From assembly GCA_963850405.1 (NCBI GenBank), contig CAWKLH010000025.1, forward strand, positions 223,554 through 255,553: 32,000 nt of DNA, given 5' to 3'. A model generated the notes under the pieces. It had not been told where the DNA came from, ran no database searches, and was given only the letters and a program-made list of their open reading frames with translations. This document shows positions 1-9,368 of the stretch, piece by piece. The DNA comes from Nitrospirota bacterium. GTDB lineage: Bacteria; Nitrospirota; Nitrospiria; Nitrospirales; Nitrospiraceae. The position numbers were made by a program, and so were the translations under genes. Each line of letters opens with the position of its first letter. Positions within the stretch are counted from its first letter, which is position 1.

Positions 1-198
1 TTGCCGTTGAGCCTCTCGATAAGACGCAATTCTTCACCCCACCTGGACAGGGATCAGGCCAATTCTCAACCACAGGACGGCATCGTGATGATGCCCAAGA
101 GTCCTGGTCGAGTACCGCAAGGGTGATCTGAGGGAGACGCCTAAATATTAGAGAATTTTCAGTTGTAACGCTGTGTTTGATTCAGGGAGAGACGAGAA

Positions 199-220
199 GG
201 GGGTGGCTTGCGCCACCCCC
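199..220 (-). terminator. GC-rich hairpin downstream of the DUF1566 gene
   Basis: Perfect 9-bp stem GGGGGTGGC/GCCACCCCC with a 4-nt loop, about 35 nt past the stop at 255. There is no clean U-tract on the minus strand. Confidence 0.4.
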
Positions 221-254
221 AAAATCAGCCAATGACCAAGAGGCACTTCTGAGT

Positions 255-767
255 CTACTTGTTATCGCGCACACACCAGACATAGTTCTTGTTGATCTTA
301 AAATCGTTACCGATGATGCCATAGTCGAAGTTTACGTCCCACGCGCTAAACGAATAGTCTTCGTGCTCCGTCGACGTCCAATAGCCATGAAACTCGATGT
401 TGGAGAATGGGTGGCCAGTCGGGAGGGCCGGGGGAGGATAGATCGTGTGATCTGCCAGGGTCTCTAACTCTTTGAGTGTGGGCAAACGCCAGTCTTTCTT
501 GCCTCCGACGGTCTTTTTCGCACAGATACCGGCGGCGCTTTTCCAAACTGTCATCGCTCTCGTCGGTATCACCTCCCATACCAGCCCCGTCTCATTATCC
601 AGCGCTCCCTCATTATTCATGGACTCTAGCACGGTAAACCGTGCGCTCTGCGACTCAGCCGCTTCGGCAGGGGTGACTCCTGAGCCAAAACCAGGCAGTG
701 CCAGGCATCCGACAGCCAGCCCAACAGCCCCGATGCCGCTCACCCATTTGCTTCTTCTGCTTTTCAT
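255..767 (-). CDS. Secreted DUF1566 (Lcl C-terminal domain) family protein
   Basis: Internal ATG at 767 (MKSRRSKW...) is preceded by GGAGG. It has a signal-like N-terminus and the family motif DWRLPTLKELETL. The 5' extension to 836 in the ORF track has no RBS. Confidence 0.75.
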   Translation of the reverse strand: MKSRRSKWVSGIGAVGLAVGCLALPGFGSGVTPAEAAESQSARFTVLESMNNEGALDNETGLVWEVIPTRAMTVWKSAAGICAKKTVGGKKDWRLPTLKELETLADHTIYPPPALPTGHPFSNIEFHGYWTSTEHEDYSFSAWDVNFDYGIIGNDFKINKNYVWCVRDNK

Positions 768-1135
768 CTCGACCCTCCTGTATGTGAAGTTGTTGCACCG
801 CCGGACTGCTGCGTGACCCACGACATCAGACCACACAGCGAGGGATGCTTGTTTAGGTTTGGAGAAGTGTTTGCGCGTAAGTCGGAAACCGCTGAAATGG
901 AAATGGACGACCCTCCTGCCTGATTGCCGATGGTTGAAATTCGAGAATCGGCATAGGACATCTTCTCAGATCCGTGACGCGTTGAGCGCATGCTTAATAT
1001 CAGGAGACTCTTTGCTTTGTCAATACCTTCTGCAGAATCAATCTGTCTACCAGCTTTGATGGTGCCGGTCGTGGTGTGGATGAGCGTCTTGCCACGAAGT
1101 CGCTTGAGAAAGCCCTACGGCCACTCGGATGCCCA

Positions 1136-1186
1136 AACGTAACACGGGGAGGAAGAGGCTTAGCCTCTCCCTCCCCGTGTTACGTT
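1136..1186 (-). terminator. Long hairpin after the distal NirK-like gene
   Basis: 17-bp perfect arms AACGTAACACGGGGAGG / CCTCCCCGTGTTACGTT with an inner GAGGC/GCCTC stem, 30 nt downstream of the stop at 1217. The U-tract is weak. Confidence 0.55.
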
Positions 1187-1216
1187 ACTCTAGTACGACC
1201 CGTTCCCGGTAGATTA

Positions 1217-2221
1217 CTACAGCCCTTTGAACAGGGCAGGATTGGTTGGACCATCTATCTTCAGCAGGCCAAGGGCGCCTTTTTCTGTGCGGAAGAGCGA
1301 GTGGTCAACCGAAACAAACGTGCCGGGCATTTCGCCTTTAAATTCTCCTAGGGTTGCTTCACCAGGTGTCACCAGGGTGCTTTGGATATGCTCAAGTGGC
1401 GCTTTTGCCACGTTACCTGCAGGCCAGACCCGGTCTAACATCTCACCGATGACGTGCCACGAAGAATCAAAGTTGACTCCGGCATTGCCATAGAACCATC
1501 GAGTGGTCTCTCCTACTTTGGATCGGAGCGGAACTTTGACCAGTGCGGTCATATGGCCATTATGCACGATATAAGACGCATCCGCGTCTTTCACCTTTTG
1601 CTCTGAATAAACCAGGGTATCGTTCTTCTTGCCATCCTTCATGTAGAATTCGCTCTGCATAACATAGAATTCTTTTTCGACAGGCTTCAGCCCACCAACT
1701 GGCTCAACTACGATCAAGCCGTACATGCCACTCAAAACATGTTGTATGTTGGATGGCGCTGCAGTGGAGGACTGATAGACAAAGACGCCTTGGTTGGCGG
1801 CCTTAAATGTGATCTGAGCTTCCTTCCCGGGCTCCGCATTCACCAAGGCTGCTCCGCCACTGACCTTCGTAAAGTCAAGATTGTGGCTCTGCTTGCTGCC
1901 GCTCTTGTTCTTCAAGCGGATTTCAACCGTATCGCCCACCATGACGCGAATCATCGGCCCTGGCACCATTCCATTAATACCCCAGAACTCATAATTATTG
2001 TCGTCGCTAATCGGACCCACCCACTCGGACGCTTCCAAGTTGACCACGACGGTTGCGGGCTGGGTTCGCGTGATGGGAGCGGGGACATTGGGTGCCTTCG
2101 TGAGTTGGGCCTGGATGGTCTCCGCTGACACCACGCCTGCATTGATGGCAAGACACGGAGCCATGACTAATGCGCTGATCAATCCGGCATGACGCATGTT
2201 ATGCAACAAACTCTTGGGCAT
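1217..2221 (-). CDS. NirK-family two-cupredoxin-domain protein lacking the T1Cu Cys and two T2Cu His (NirK-like B)
   Basis: ATG at 2221 with AAAGGAG upstream and a signal peptide (...AINAGVVSA/ET). Hand alignment to A. cycloclastes NirK gives SHNLDFT (H95 and D98 kept, H100->T), VYQSS (H135->Q, C136->S) and HVLSGMYG (H145, M150 kept). WHVIGE keeps H255 and VDHSL keeps H306. Confidence 0.85.
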   Translation of the reverse strand: MPKSLLHNMRHAGLISALVMAPCLAINAGVVSAETIQAQLTKAPNVPAPITRTQPATVVVNLEASEWVGPISDDNNYEFWGINGMVPGPMIRVMVGDTVEIRLKNKSGSKQSHNLDFTKVSGGAALVNAEPGKEAQITFKAANQGVFVYQSSTAAPSNIQHVLSGMYGLIVVEPVGGLKPVEKEFYVMQSEFYMKDGKKNDTLVYSEQKVKDADASYIVHNGHMTALVKVPLRSKVGETTRWFYGNAGVNFDSSWHVIGEMLDRVWPAGNVAKAPLEHIQSTLVTPGEATLGEFKGEMPGTFVSVDHSLFRTEKGALGLLKIDGPTNPALFKGL

Positions 2222-2333
2222 GACGACTCCTTTAATTTTGTATGACTCTGCCGGCCATCATCCTGATCACCTGCCTGCAGAGTTCTTCAGGCCATTGTAA
2301 TTGGCCTAGTTGGCTGGATCCTCTCCTCTACCT

Positions 2334-3314
2334 TCAGTCTACCTTCAGCAGACCAAGGGCGCCTTGTTTCTGTCGATCCTTCACTGGGTCAACGAACGTA
2401 TAGGTGCCCGCCTTGACTTTAAACTCGACTACGACAGCGCCACCTGCAGGAACCTTGGCAACCTTAACATTCTCCGCCGGTGCTGCGTTCAAAGAACCCT
2501 CGGTGTACACCCTGTCGAACGGCTGTTCGAGGAGCTGAAAAGAGTCGACAAAGTTGGGTCCTGGGTTGGTGAAGAAAATCCGAACGGTTTCTCCGGCCTT
2601 GGCTCGAAGAGGAGTTTTGACCATCGAGCTCGCATGGCCGTTATAGACGACATGGGAGGGGCGCTCGTCTAACCCATTTTCGTACGAAAACTCCAAGGTA
2701 TCGCCCTTGGAATAGCCCTCTTTCGTGTAAAACTCGCTTTCCGTGATCTGGAATTCTTTATCGACAGGCTTCAGCCCACCCGCTGGCTCAACGATGATTG
2801 TCCCGTACATGCCATTCGCAACGTGCTCAGGAATGGATGGTGATGCGGTGGCGCAGTGATACAAAAAGATGCCAGGGATGATCATCTTAAACTTTCCCCC
2901 ACTCTCCTGCCCTGGCTCGCTATTGAGCAGGCTCGCTCCGCCGCCTGGTCCCGTGATCGCATGGAAGTCGATATTGTGAGATTCCTTGCTGTCCTTACTG
3001 TTCTTCAGGCGGATTTCAACCGTATCGCCCACCATGACGCGGATCATGGGCCCTGGCACGCTCTTATTAAAACCCCAGAACTCATAATTGTTATCGTTGC
3101 TCAGCGGACCGGCCCACTCGTCCGCTGTCAGGTTGACCACGATGTTGGCTGGCTCGGTTCGTTTGATGGGAGGGGGAACATTGGGTGCAAATCCCAGTTG
3201 GGCCTTGATGGTCTCCGCCGACACCACGCCTGCATTGATGCCGAGATATGGAGTCATGATACATGCGCCGACCAATCCGGCCGTGCGCACACAACGGGAA
3301 AAACTAATAGACAT
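2334..3314 (-). CDS. Copper-containing nitrite reductase (NirK) family protein with complete domain-1 Cu ligands but no H255/H306 equivalents (NirK-like A)
   Basis: ATG at 3314 with AAGGAGG upstream and a signal peptide. SHNIDFH (H95, D98, H100) and LYHCATASPSIPEHVANGMYG (H135, C136, H145, M150) are present. SFQLLEQ has Q at the H255 position and FVDPVKD has P at the H306 position. Confidence 0.85.
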   Translation of the reverse strand: MSISFSRCVRTAGLVGACIMTPYLGINAGVVSAETIKAQLGFAPNVPPPIKRTEPANIVVNLTADEWAGPLSNDNNYEFWGFNKSVPGPMIRVMVGDTVEIRLKNSKDSKESHNIDFHAITGPGGGASLLNSEPGQESGGKFKMIIPGIFLYHCATASPSIPEHVANGMYGTIIVEPAGGLKPVDKEFQITESEFYTKEGYSKGDTLEFSYENGLDERPSHVVYNGHASSMVKTPLRAKAGETVRIFFTNPGPNFVDSFQLLEQPFDRVYTEGSLNAAPAENVKVAKVPAGGAVVVEFKVKAGTYTFVDPVKDRQKQGALGLLKVD

Positions 3315-3422
3315 GGTGCCTCCTTTGATTTTGGACTGCCCTGATAGTTTCTTCTCTCATACGACGTGGGACGAACCGAATGGTTTCAGCCCCGGTTCAG
3401 GGCATTGTCGTTACCCGCCTGC

Positions 3423-3884
3423 TTAAGGTTTGTAACACGAGTGGTCGTGCGGCTTGCCCCCGTTCGAGAACATGTTCTCAAACGCCATCACATGCCAGAT
3501 CTGCTCTTCTGTCAGGCTGTTCTTAAAACCTTTCATTTTCGTCTTCGCGATACCTTCCGATATCCGCCAGAACCAGAAACTGTCGGACCAACGGCAGATA
3601 TTTTTAGGATCGCGCATATCCCGCGCACCTTTCTTTACCGGTTGACCGTCCTTGCCATGGCAGCTGGCACAGTTGACGTTCGGATTCACGTCGCCTTTGT
3701 AAATCTGCTCTCCCTCTTCGATAGCCTTAGGATCTGTCCAGCCTCCAGCTGGCATATGTTTGTCTGCATACTCGGCTGGAACCGGGGGCAAAGGGGGCTC
3801 ATCTTCAGCGAAAGCCATGCCTCCTGACAGAATCAGAGCGCTCCCCATCATCATGATCGCCAAACCGAAATTCCTTCCCGCCAT
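3423..3884 (-). CDS. Periplasmic monoheme class I c-type cytochrome
   Basis: ATG at 3884 with AAGGAGG upstream, a signal peptide, a single CASCH heme motif and a distal Met region (AKTKMKGF). It is the first gene of the cytochrome c / NirK-A / NirK-B co-directional string. Confidence 0.85.
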   Translation of the reverse strand: MAGRNFGLAIMMMGSALILSGGMAFAEDEPPLPPVPAEYADKHMPAGGWTDPKAIEEGEQIYKGDVNPNVNCASCHGKDGQPVKKGARDMRDPKNICRWSDSFWFWRISEGIAKTKMKGFKNSLTEEQIWHVMAFENMFSNGGKPHDHSCYKP

Positions 3885-4134
3885 TCCTGCCTCCTTATTT
3901 TTCTAATTAGTGAGTCTGGTCTACCGACGAGGTCCTATCTCATGGGGCACATCAGGTGTTGGGCCACCACATCGAAAAAATATGTCAATCCTACCACGCC
4001 GATGGCAACAGAGACCATCCAGGCACAACCACACGCCGGGAAAGTTGTCTACCATGCCACCGTTCACTCAAGCCACGCAAGGCCATGTAACATAACAAAT
4101 TACCTAGTGTCAAGCGGTCGCACTACTCTTCTGA

Positions 4135-4455
4135 GTGAACTCAATTTGGAAATGCCCTCTGATACTTCTACGGGTGACTCCGGTTGGTCTTATTGAGACG
4201 ATGCGGGCCTGCCTCGAATCCATGCCCCAGAGCCGATGGCCTGCCGGTTTCGTGTGTTCGAAGTGTTCAGGGCAGTCCGCAGGGTTCAACTCCACGCGCG
4301 ACGTGTTTGAGTGCCGACACTGTCGTCGGCAGCAAATGGTTCCTGAGCCTCACCGGTCCTGCGATCGACTGAATCGATCCGGTGCGGTTCGGCATCGCTG
4401 GCGGGATGCGAGCACGCAAGCATGTTCTGCGGGATCACATTGCCGCGAACCGTGA
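4135..4455 (+). mobile_element. Decayed IS1595-family transposase remnant (N-terminal zinc-ribbon region only)
   Basis: The ORF contains RWPAGFVCSKCSG...FECRHCRRQQ, matching the IS1595 N-terminal pattern RWPxGFxCPxC...CxxC. The downstream sequence changes frame (SLTGPAID) and no DDE domain is recognisable. I did not identify inverted repeats. Confidence 0.45.
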
Positions 4456-4825
4456 AGCTCCCCCATCCGTTCAGTGGCGAAAATGCTATGCCAGCCATAT
4501 TAGTCTTGAGGGTGTGGACCTCGCGCAGGTGGACCAGGCCTAGCTTAGCCGGCAGGTGGACGTGGGGAGGTCCTGTGCTCCTTAGAAGCATCCTCGGACT
4601 GAGAAAGTCAGTACCGCGTGGCTTGTGTGGCATTGCAGCGGCCTGGCCCGGTAGTCCCGTTTGCGCACCGGATGCATTGACAACCTCGGCTACCTCCGTG
4701 CAAGATAAAGGACGCGGGATTGCGCCGAGTCAGCTGTGCGCCATTCTCTGTTAGCCGATCGGTGGATCGCCGTGATGATTCGTCGGGTTCACACACAGGG
4801 GCAGCAACCACGAGGGGCGCATCAG

Positions 4826-5429
4826 ATGGCGAACGGTACGATCCTGTCTCGAGTCGGTTGGTTTTCAATGATGATTGTCGTGGGCGGTTTCTTGGCCAGT
4901 TGCGACAGCACGGTACGGCAAATCGGCAAGTCGACGGAGTCGTCGCCTGTCGTCCAGACGGAGGGCCGAGAGAAGCATACTGACCACACTTATGGCTTTA
5001 CCGTCAAATATTCTCCAAAAGATTATGTGCTTCTCACGGAAGGTCCCATCCAGACCACCACGCAGCCGCCGGCGGTCCAGCGCGTACGCTTTCAACGGAA
5101 AGACATCGCGGCCGGCCAGGTTGTAGACCATGAATCTCCGGGATTGACCATCAGCGTGTTCACGCAATCGCCGGGACGCTCGCTGTACGATTGGCTCGAC
5201 TCATAGCGGACTGCTGCCTCCTGGCAGCGAGATTTCTTCGGTTCGACTGACAGGCGTGAAGGAAGGGTTGAGAGTTACCCTCAGAGAGCAACCTGCGCCT
5301 AACGAGTTCGTCTATCTCGCAACCGATCAGTATGTGTACGGTCTTGTCCCTTATGGCGCCAAGGGCGGGAAAATGCTGCGATCATTCCGCCTGCTTCCGG
5401 ATTCCACAAGGGCTCATATGCGCCATTGA
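4826..5429 (+). pseudogene. Hypothetical lipoprotein, apparently interrupted by a +1 frameshift near 5200
   Basis: ATG at 4826 with GAGGGG 8 nt upstream and a lipobox (FLASC). The frame stops at 5206. A stop-free +1 frame continues with protein-like sequence (HSGLLPPGSEISSVRLTGVKEGLRVTL...FVYLATDQYVYGLVPYG) to 5429. Removing 1 nt gives 201 codons. Confidence 0.5.
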
Positions 5430-5528
5430 TCCGAGCGTGCCTTAGCAAGGTTCCTGAGCACGATCTGAACACCACGTGGATAGCTGAGCATCGGCCAACT
5501 CTCAGGCCCTAGTCCTAGCGCACATCTT

Positions 5529-7083
5529 CTATTGAGTATTCGCCAGTTGCCAGGTAAGCGCGAGGACATACCGTGTTATGTTTCGCAAAATTTCAGGATT
5601 GATCGTGTCGGCGGTGTCGGTAGGCTGATGCATGTGCGGGTGGGCCCCGCCGCTCGCGATGCTGACGGTTGAAATTCCTGCCTCTTTGAACGGTTCGTCG
5701 TCGCCGCCGGGCAAGAATCCGTAATAGTCAAGCTTGTTGACCAAACCTACTGCGTACCCTGCTTCCTTTAACGTGGATTTCTTCAACTCTGTGACACGGA
5801 GGATTAACACTCTGTCTCCCACTCCGACATGGTCAATGTTGATCATGGCTTTCGTTGAGCCGAGGGGGATGACAGGTCTCGATGTATAGAGGCGTGACCC
5901 GAGCGAATCTCTCTCATGTCCACTGAATGATAGAAAGAGGATCGATCCGTTGAGGACGCAGGCCGATTTTCCCAAGGGCCCGTGCGACCTCCAGGACTAC
6001 GGCCGTTCCTGATGCATTGTCGTCAGCGCCAGGAAACCAGAGGCCCGCTGGACGTCCAAAATGGTCGCGATGGGCGCCGATGACGATGGTCTCCGGCCCT
6101 GTACCAGGAATCATCCCCACCACGTTCGTCAGCAAGCCGTCCGCTATCGTGGTTTTCCAATGGAGAGATGCATATCGATTGACGAGGCGCGATCGCGCTG
6201 ATGGGGCGTTATTGAGTTGTTCTTGGAGGGTGCGAAGGTGGTCAGCATTGGACTCATCGCCGCTTCCAGCGAGGAGAGTCTCGGCCAATTTCGTGCTGAT
6301 CCATGCGCCAGGGAGGGCTTGGTCAGGGGAGAGCTGCCCATACAATGCGCTGGGCTTTCCTGTGGCGCCGCGGCGAGTCTCATATGGGCTGATAATCGGC
6401 CCCGTTGCGGTCAGATAGGCTACGGCTCCTCGATCTCGCGCGAAGCGGACCTTGTCGGCGTGGCTGATGGAGCCTTGGTAGTGATCCGGTTTGCCACGCA
6501 GGAAGAGTACGATGCAGTTCTTCACATCGACGCCGGCGTAATCGTCGATTCCTTGAGCGGGATCGACAATGCCGTAACCGACGAAGACGACCTGACCCTG
6601 GAGATCGGCAGAGGGGGAGTCAAAGACCGGGAGGTAGTCTCTCCCCAACTGCGCTGTGACCAACTGGTCCGCTGCGCCGGTGCGAACAACCGGGTCGGGT
6701 TCGATGAGTGGCGTGGCGACCATCGAGGTCATGATGCCAACGGGCTCTTCCTTCCTGGCCCCGGGAGAGGGGAAGGCGATTCCCTTGTTGTCAATGAGCG
6801 GTAGTTGTATCCCTGCCACAGTCAATTCCTGTGCAATCCATTGTGCGGATCGCAGGTCATCGGCGGATCCGGCTTGCCGTCCGTTGAAAGCCGGGCTGCT
6901 TAACGTGCGCACGTCGGCGAGCATCCGTTCGCTCGACAGGCTATCGAGTGCACCAAACCATGCACGCTGGTCTTCCTCCGATTGCGCGTAACCTCGGCTC
7001 CCCAAGGGAAGCAGAGCGAGGATGATTCCCAGGAGAATGATCACAACAACGGAGGGGGAGCAGCTGCGCGTCGAGCCGTTCAT
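5529..7083 (-). pseudogene. M28-family aminopeptidase with PA domain, split by one frameshift near 5945
   Basis: The 389-aa ORF ends ...GADDNASGTAVVLEVARALGKIGLRPQR then goes out of frame. The 148-aa ORF resumes with SILFLSFSGHERDSLGS... and HPHMHQPTD. The junction is cgg-a-tcg, and removing 1 nt gives 518 codons. It carries a signal peptide. Confidence 0.8.
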
Positions 7084-7180
7084 GCAGTAAGCCTTTTAAG
7101 ATGGCACGGAACTATAACATAGACAGATTCGTTAACGCAGACTGACTCGTTGCAGAGCGGTTGCAGGCCAATCTAGTATG

Positions 7181-7228
7181 CAAAAGAATGAACCGCCTTG
7201 CATCCGGTTAGCCAGGTGCAAGGCGGTT
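7181..7228 (-). terminator. Rho-independent terminator of the MOSC gene
   Basis: 12-bp perfect stem AACCGCCTTGCA / TGCAAGGCGGTT (7191-7202 and 7217-7228), followed on the minus strand by CATTCTTTTG, 17 nt after the stop at 7245. Confidence 0.65.
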
Positions 7229-7244
7229 GTACTTTGTGCGCGTG

Positions 7245-7964
7245 TTAGAGGTTGGGTCCATACAGCCTTGCCGTGGTTGACCCGACCGTCTTCGTCTCAA
7301 CCCGCTTGTTCAGTGTCTCACGCCATCGGACTGCAAGGGCCGGACACACTGCGAGGCTCTGAGCGGCTTGAATATCATCTGTCCATCGATGCATCACGTC
7401 GTTTGCTGAGGCCACTGTCCATTCTGGGCAGGGACGTTCCACAAGTATCAGGTGTGACCCAGCCTGAACCGTTCCCTCTCTGATGACTCGGAAATACCAT
7501 CCAGTCCGTCCGCTCTCTTGTACACGGAGGGCCAGGTCCTTTCTGCGCCAGCGCCGTGCTAATTTCCAGCAGGGCTGCCGTGGCTGTGAGACCTGAACGA
7601 GCGCCGATCCCACTTCGAAAATGTCTCCGAGGCAGACCTCAGTCTCAAGCAGCCCTTCTGTGGTGAAATTTTCCCCAAACGATCCGAAAGGAAATTCGGC
7701 CGCTCCCAGCACTTGTTGCCAATAGGGGTAATGTTCGACGGGATAGACGTTCACGGCCTTTTCCGGGCCACCGTGATTCTTTAGATCCGCCTGACCATCT
7801 CCGTTCAGGTTTGTTGTGCCAAGCCAGACCGGGTCGGTGACAGGGAGCTTAAAAAACCCGGTTGTCCAAACCTCATCGAAGGGATCGGACGATTCTCTGC
7901 CCCCCACGGTCCGTGGTTGCCCAACTTGCAAGGAGATGATTGTTGCAACCGCCGGTTGTTTCAA
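7245..7964 (-). CDS. MOSC domain protein (YiiM-like)
   Basis: TTG start with GAGGAG 6 nt upstream. MOSC-like sequence: GDGQADLKNHGGPEKAV, GSFGENFT, QVSQPRQPCWKL. Confidence 0.85.
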   Translation of the reverse strand: MKQPAVATIISLQVGQPRTVGGRESSDPFDEVWTTGFFKLPVTDPVWLGTTNLNGDGQADLKNHGGPEKAVNVYPVEHYPYWQQVLGAAEFPFGSFGENFTTEGLLETEVCLGDIFEVGSALVQVSQPRQPCWKLARRWRRKDLALRVQESGRTGWYFRVIREGTVQAGSHLILVERPCPEWTVASANDVMHRWTDDIQAAQSLAVCPALAVRWRETLNKRVETKTVGSTTARLYGPNL

Positions 7965-8148
7965 GAAAGCTCCTCTACTCAGCGATCTATGCTAATCATT
8001 TAGGTCATCCACACGAAGCACGGTGCGCCTGCAATTGTTGAAACAGGTGCCGGTGATTTCCTACAGATCTGTTGCGATGTGGGCCTAGCAGACGGGTGTC
8101 TGTACCTATAGGAAATGGCGCGTATTAGGGAACGCAGGTGCATCAGTG

Positions 8149-8982
8149 TTAGGAGATCCTCGTTCGATTCAAGACTCCGCTCGACCGATACCAGGCACAG
8201 AGACGTTTGACTCCACGCAACGTTGGCCCTGCTCCTCCAATTGCGACCGCATCAACGAGGCAATACCATGCGCTGGCGCCACTGGGGGGATTTCCTTGTG
8301 CCCATCCCAGGAGCGGGTCTATAGCTGCCCATTGCCACGCACCGACGGTCGTACCGATCAATTCCAGCCATGTCGTAATGAAAAATGCAGCGAGATAGAC
8401 CAGCGGTGAACGGCCTGTCACCAGCCAGATTAAGAATATGCAAAACAACAATGCACCGACTGCATCTCCTCGCTCAGCATACCCGGTAACACCCCAGATA
8501 GCCCAGGTGCCCCACACGCCTATGACAAACAGCGCAATTGTTCTGGGATGGCGTACAAAGAGGCCGGATCGTGCGAGCGCAACTGCGGTCAGGTACACCA
8601 TGCCATGGCCCGGTGGGACGTAGGCCGGTACATTCTCGAATCGGTAGGTGTAACCCCCCATATAGATGGAGGCGAAATGCTCTCCTACCGTTGCAAAGAT
8701 AACGGCAATCAAGACCTGCACTCGTGTTTCTTTATTCTCACCCAGCAATAAGGCTCCAAGAAAAACCCATGCCAAGGCTCCTAATGCATGCTGTCGCTCG
8801 ACGCTGGCACTGATTTCAAATAAGGAACTCACGGCAACGCTTAGGAATGTAAATGCAGCAATAGCATAATCGCGTAGGCGATGCGTACTGGCCGTATCCG
8901 TGTTCGGAAAATGCCTGAGAGCGGTGCGCCTGACCCTATCGAACCAGAGTCCGGGAGAAGAAGTGGGTGAGGAAGCTTCCAT
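8149..8982 (-). CDS. Integral membrane protein of unknown function, immediately downstream of the amoB terminator
   Basis: 277-aa ORF with about 7 hydrophobic segments. I recognise no family and see no convincing RBS at 8982. Confidence 0.6.
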   Translation of the reverse strand: MEASSPTSSPGLWFDRVRRTALRHFPNTDTASTHRLRDYAIAAFTFLSVAVSSLFEISASVERQHALGALAWVFLGALLLGENKETRVQVLIAVIFATVGEHFASIYMGGYTYRFENVPAYVPPGHGMVYLTAVALARSGLFVRHPRTIALFVIGVWGTWAIWGVTGYAERGDAVGALLFCIFLIWLVTGRSPLVYLAAFFITTWLELIGTTVGAWQWAAIDPLLGWAQGNPPSGASAWYCLVDAVAIGGAGPTLRGVKRLCAWYRSSGVLNRTRIS

Positions 8983-9295
8983 ATATCAAATGTGATCTAG
9001 AGAGTGGCAACTCAGGTAGGTTTTCAGGATTGCTACATCCAAGATTGTTGAACTTGATAGTGGAAAATACAGTTGGCATCATACAGGAGCTCTATCGAAC
9101 GGGCAAGTTCCAGGCAAGTGCCCGATGATCAGGTAATCATACAAGAAGCTATTCAGAATAGCTCTCCTCGGGAGCCCCACCCAGATTCATGAACGGACAC
9201 AAGGCTGCGGAGGTAACACACCTACTGGAAAAGAAGTGAATAGATCAACGAGAAAATAGTGGAGAGAGGAGGAGGCGAATGAGTGAGGACGGGGG

Positions 9296-9350
9296 CAAAG
9301 AAAAACGCCGGTTCGCCATTCCACCGTGTGATGGAGACGAACCGGCGTTT
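9296..9350 (-). terminator. Rho-independent terminator of amoCAB
   Basis: Stem AACGCCGGTTCG / CGAACCGGCGTT with an inner TCCA/TGGA stem, followed on the minus strand by TTTTTCTTTG, 20 nt after the amoB stop. Confidence 0.75.
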
Positions 9351-9368
9351 CATTAGACCCAGACTACC

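Noticed and set aside
764-1108. Stop-free minus-strand frame of about 115 codons between the NirK terminator and the DUF1566 gene (includes the 75-aa ORF 764..991)
   Set aside because: There is no start codon with an RBS. It runs into the DUF1566 start region and has no recognisable domain. It may be a gene remnant, but I cannot support a call.
3366-3827. 153-aa plus-strand ORF and other long ORFs antisense to the cytochrome c, NirK-like, CopD and permease genes
   Set aside because: Each lies fully inside a well-supported gene on the opposite strand and lacks family resemblance. These are typical shadow ORFs in GC-rich sequence.
4286-4633. 115-aa minus-strand ORF opposite the IS1595-like remnant
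   Set aside because: No recognisable domain and no RBS, and it overlaps the decayed transposase region. It is probably a chance ORF in GC-rich pseudogene DNA.
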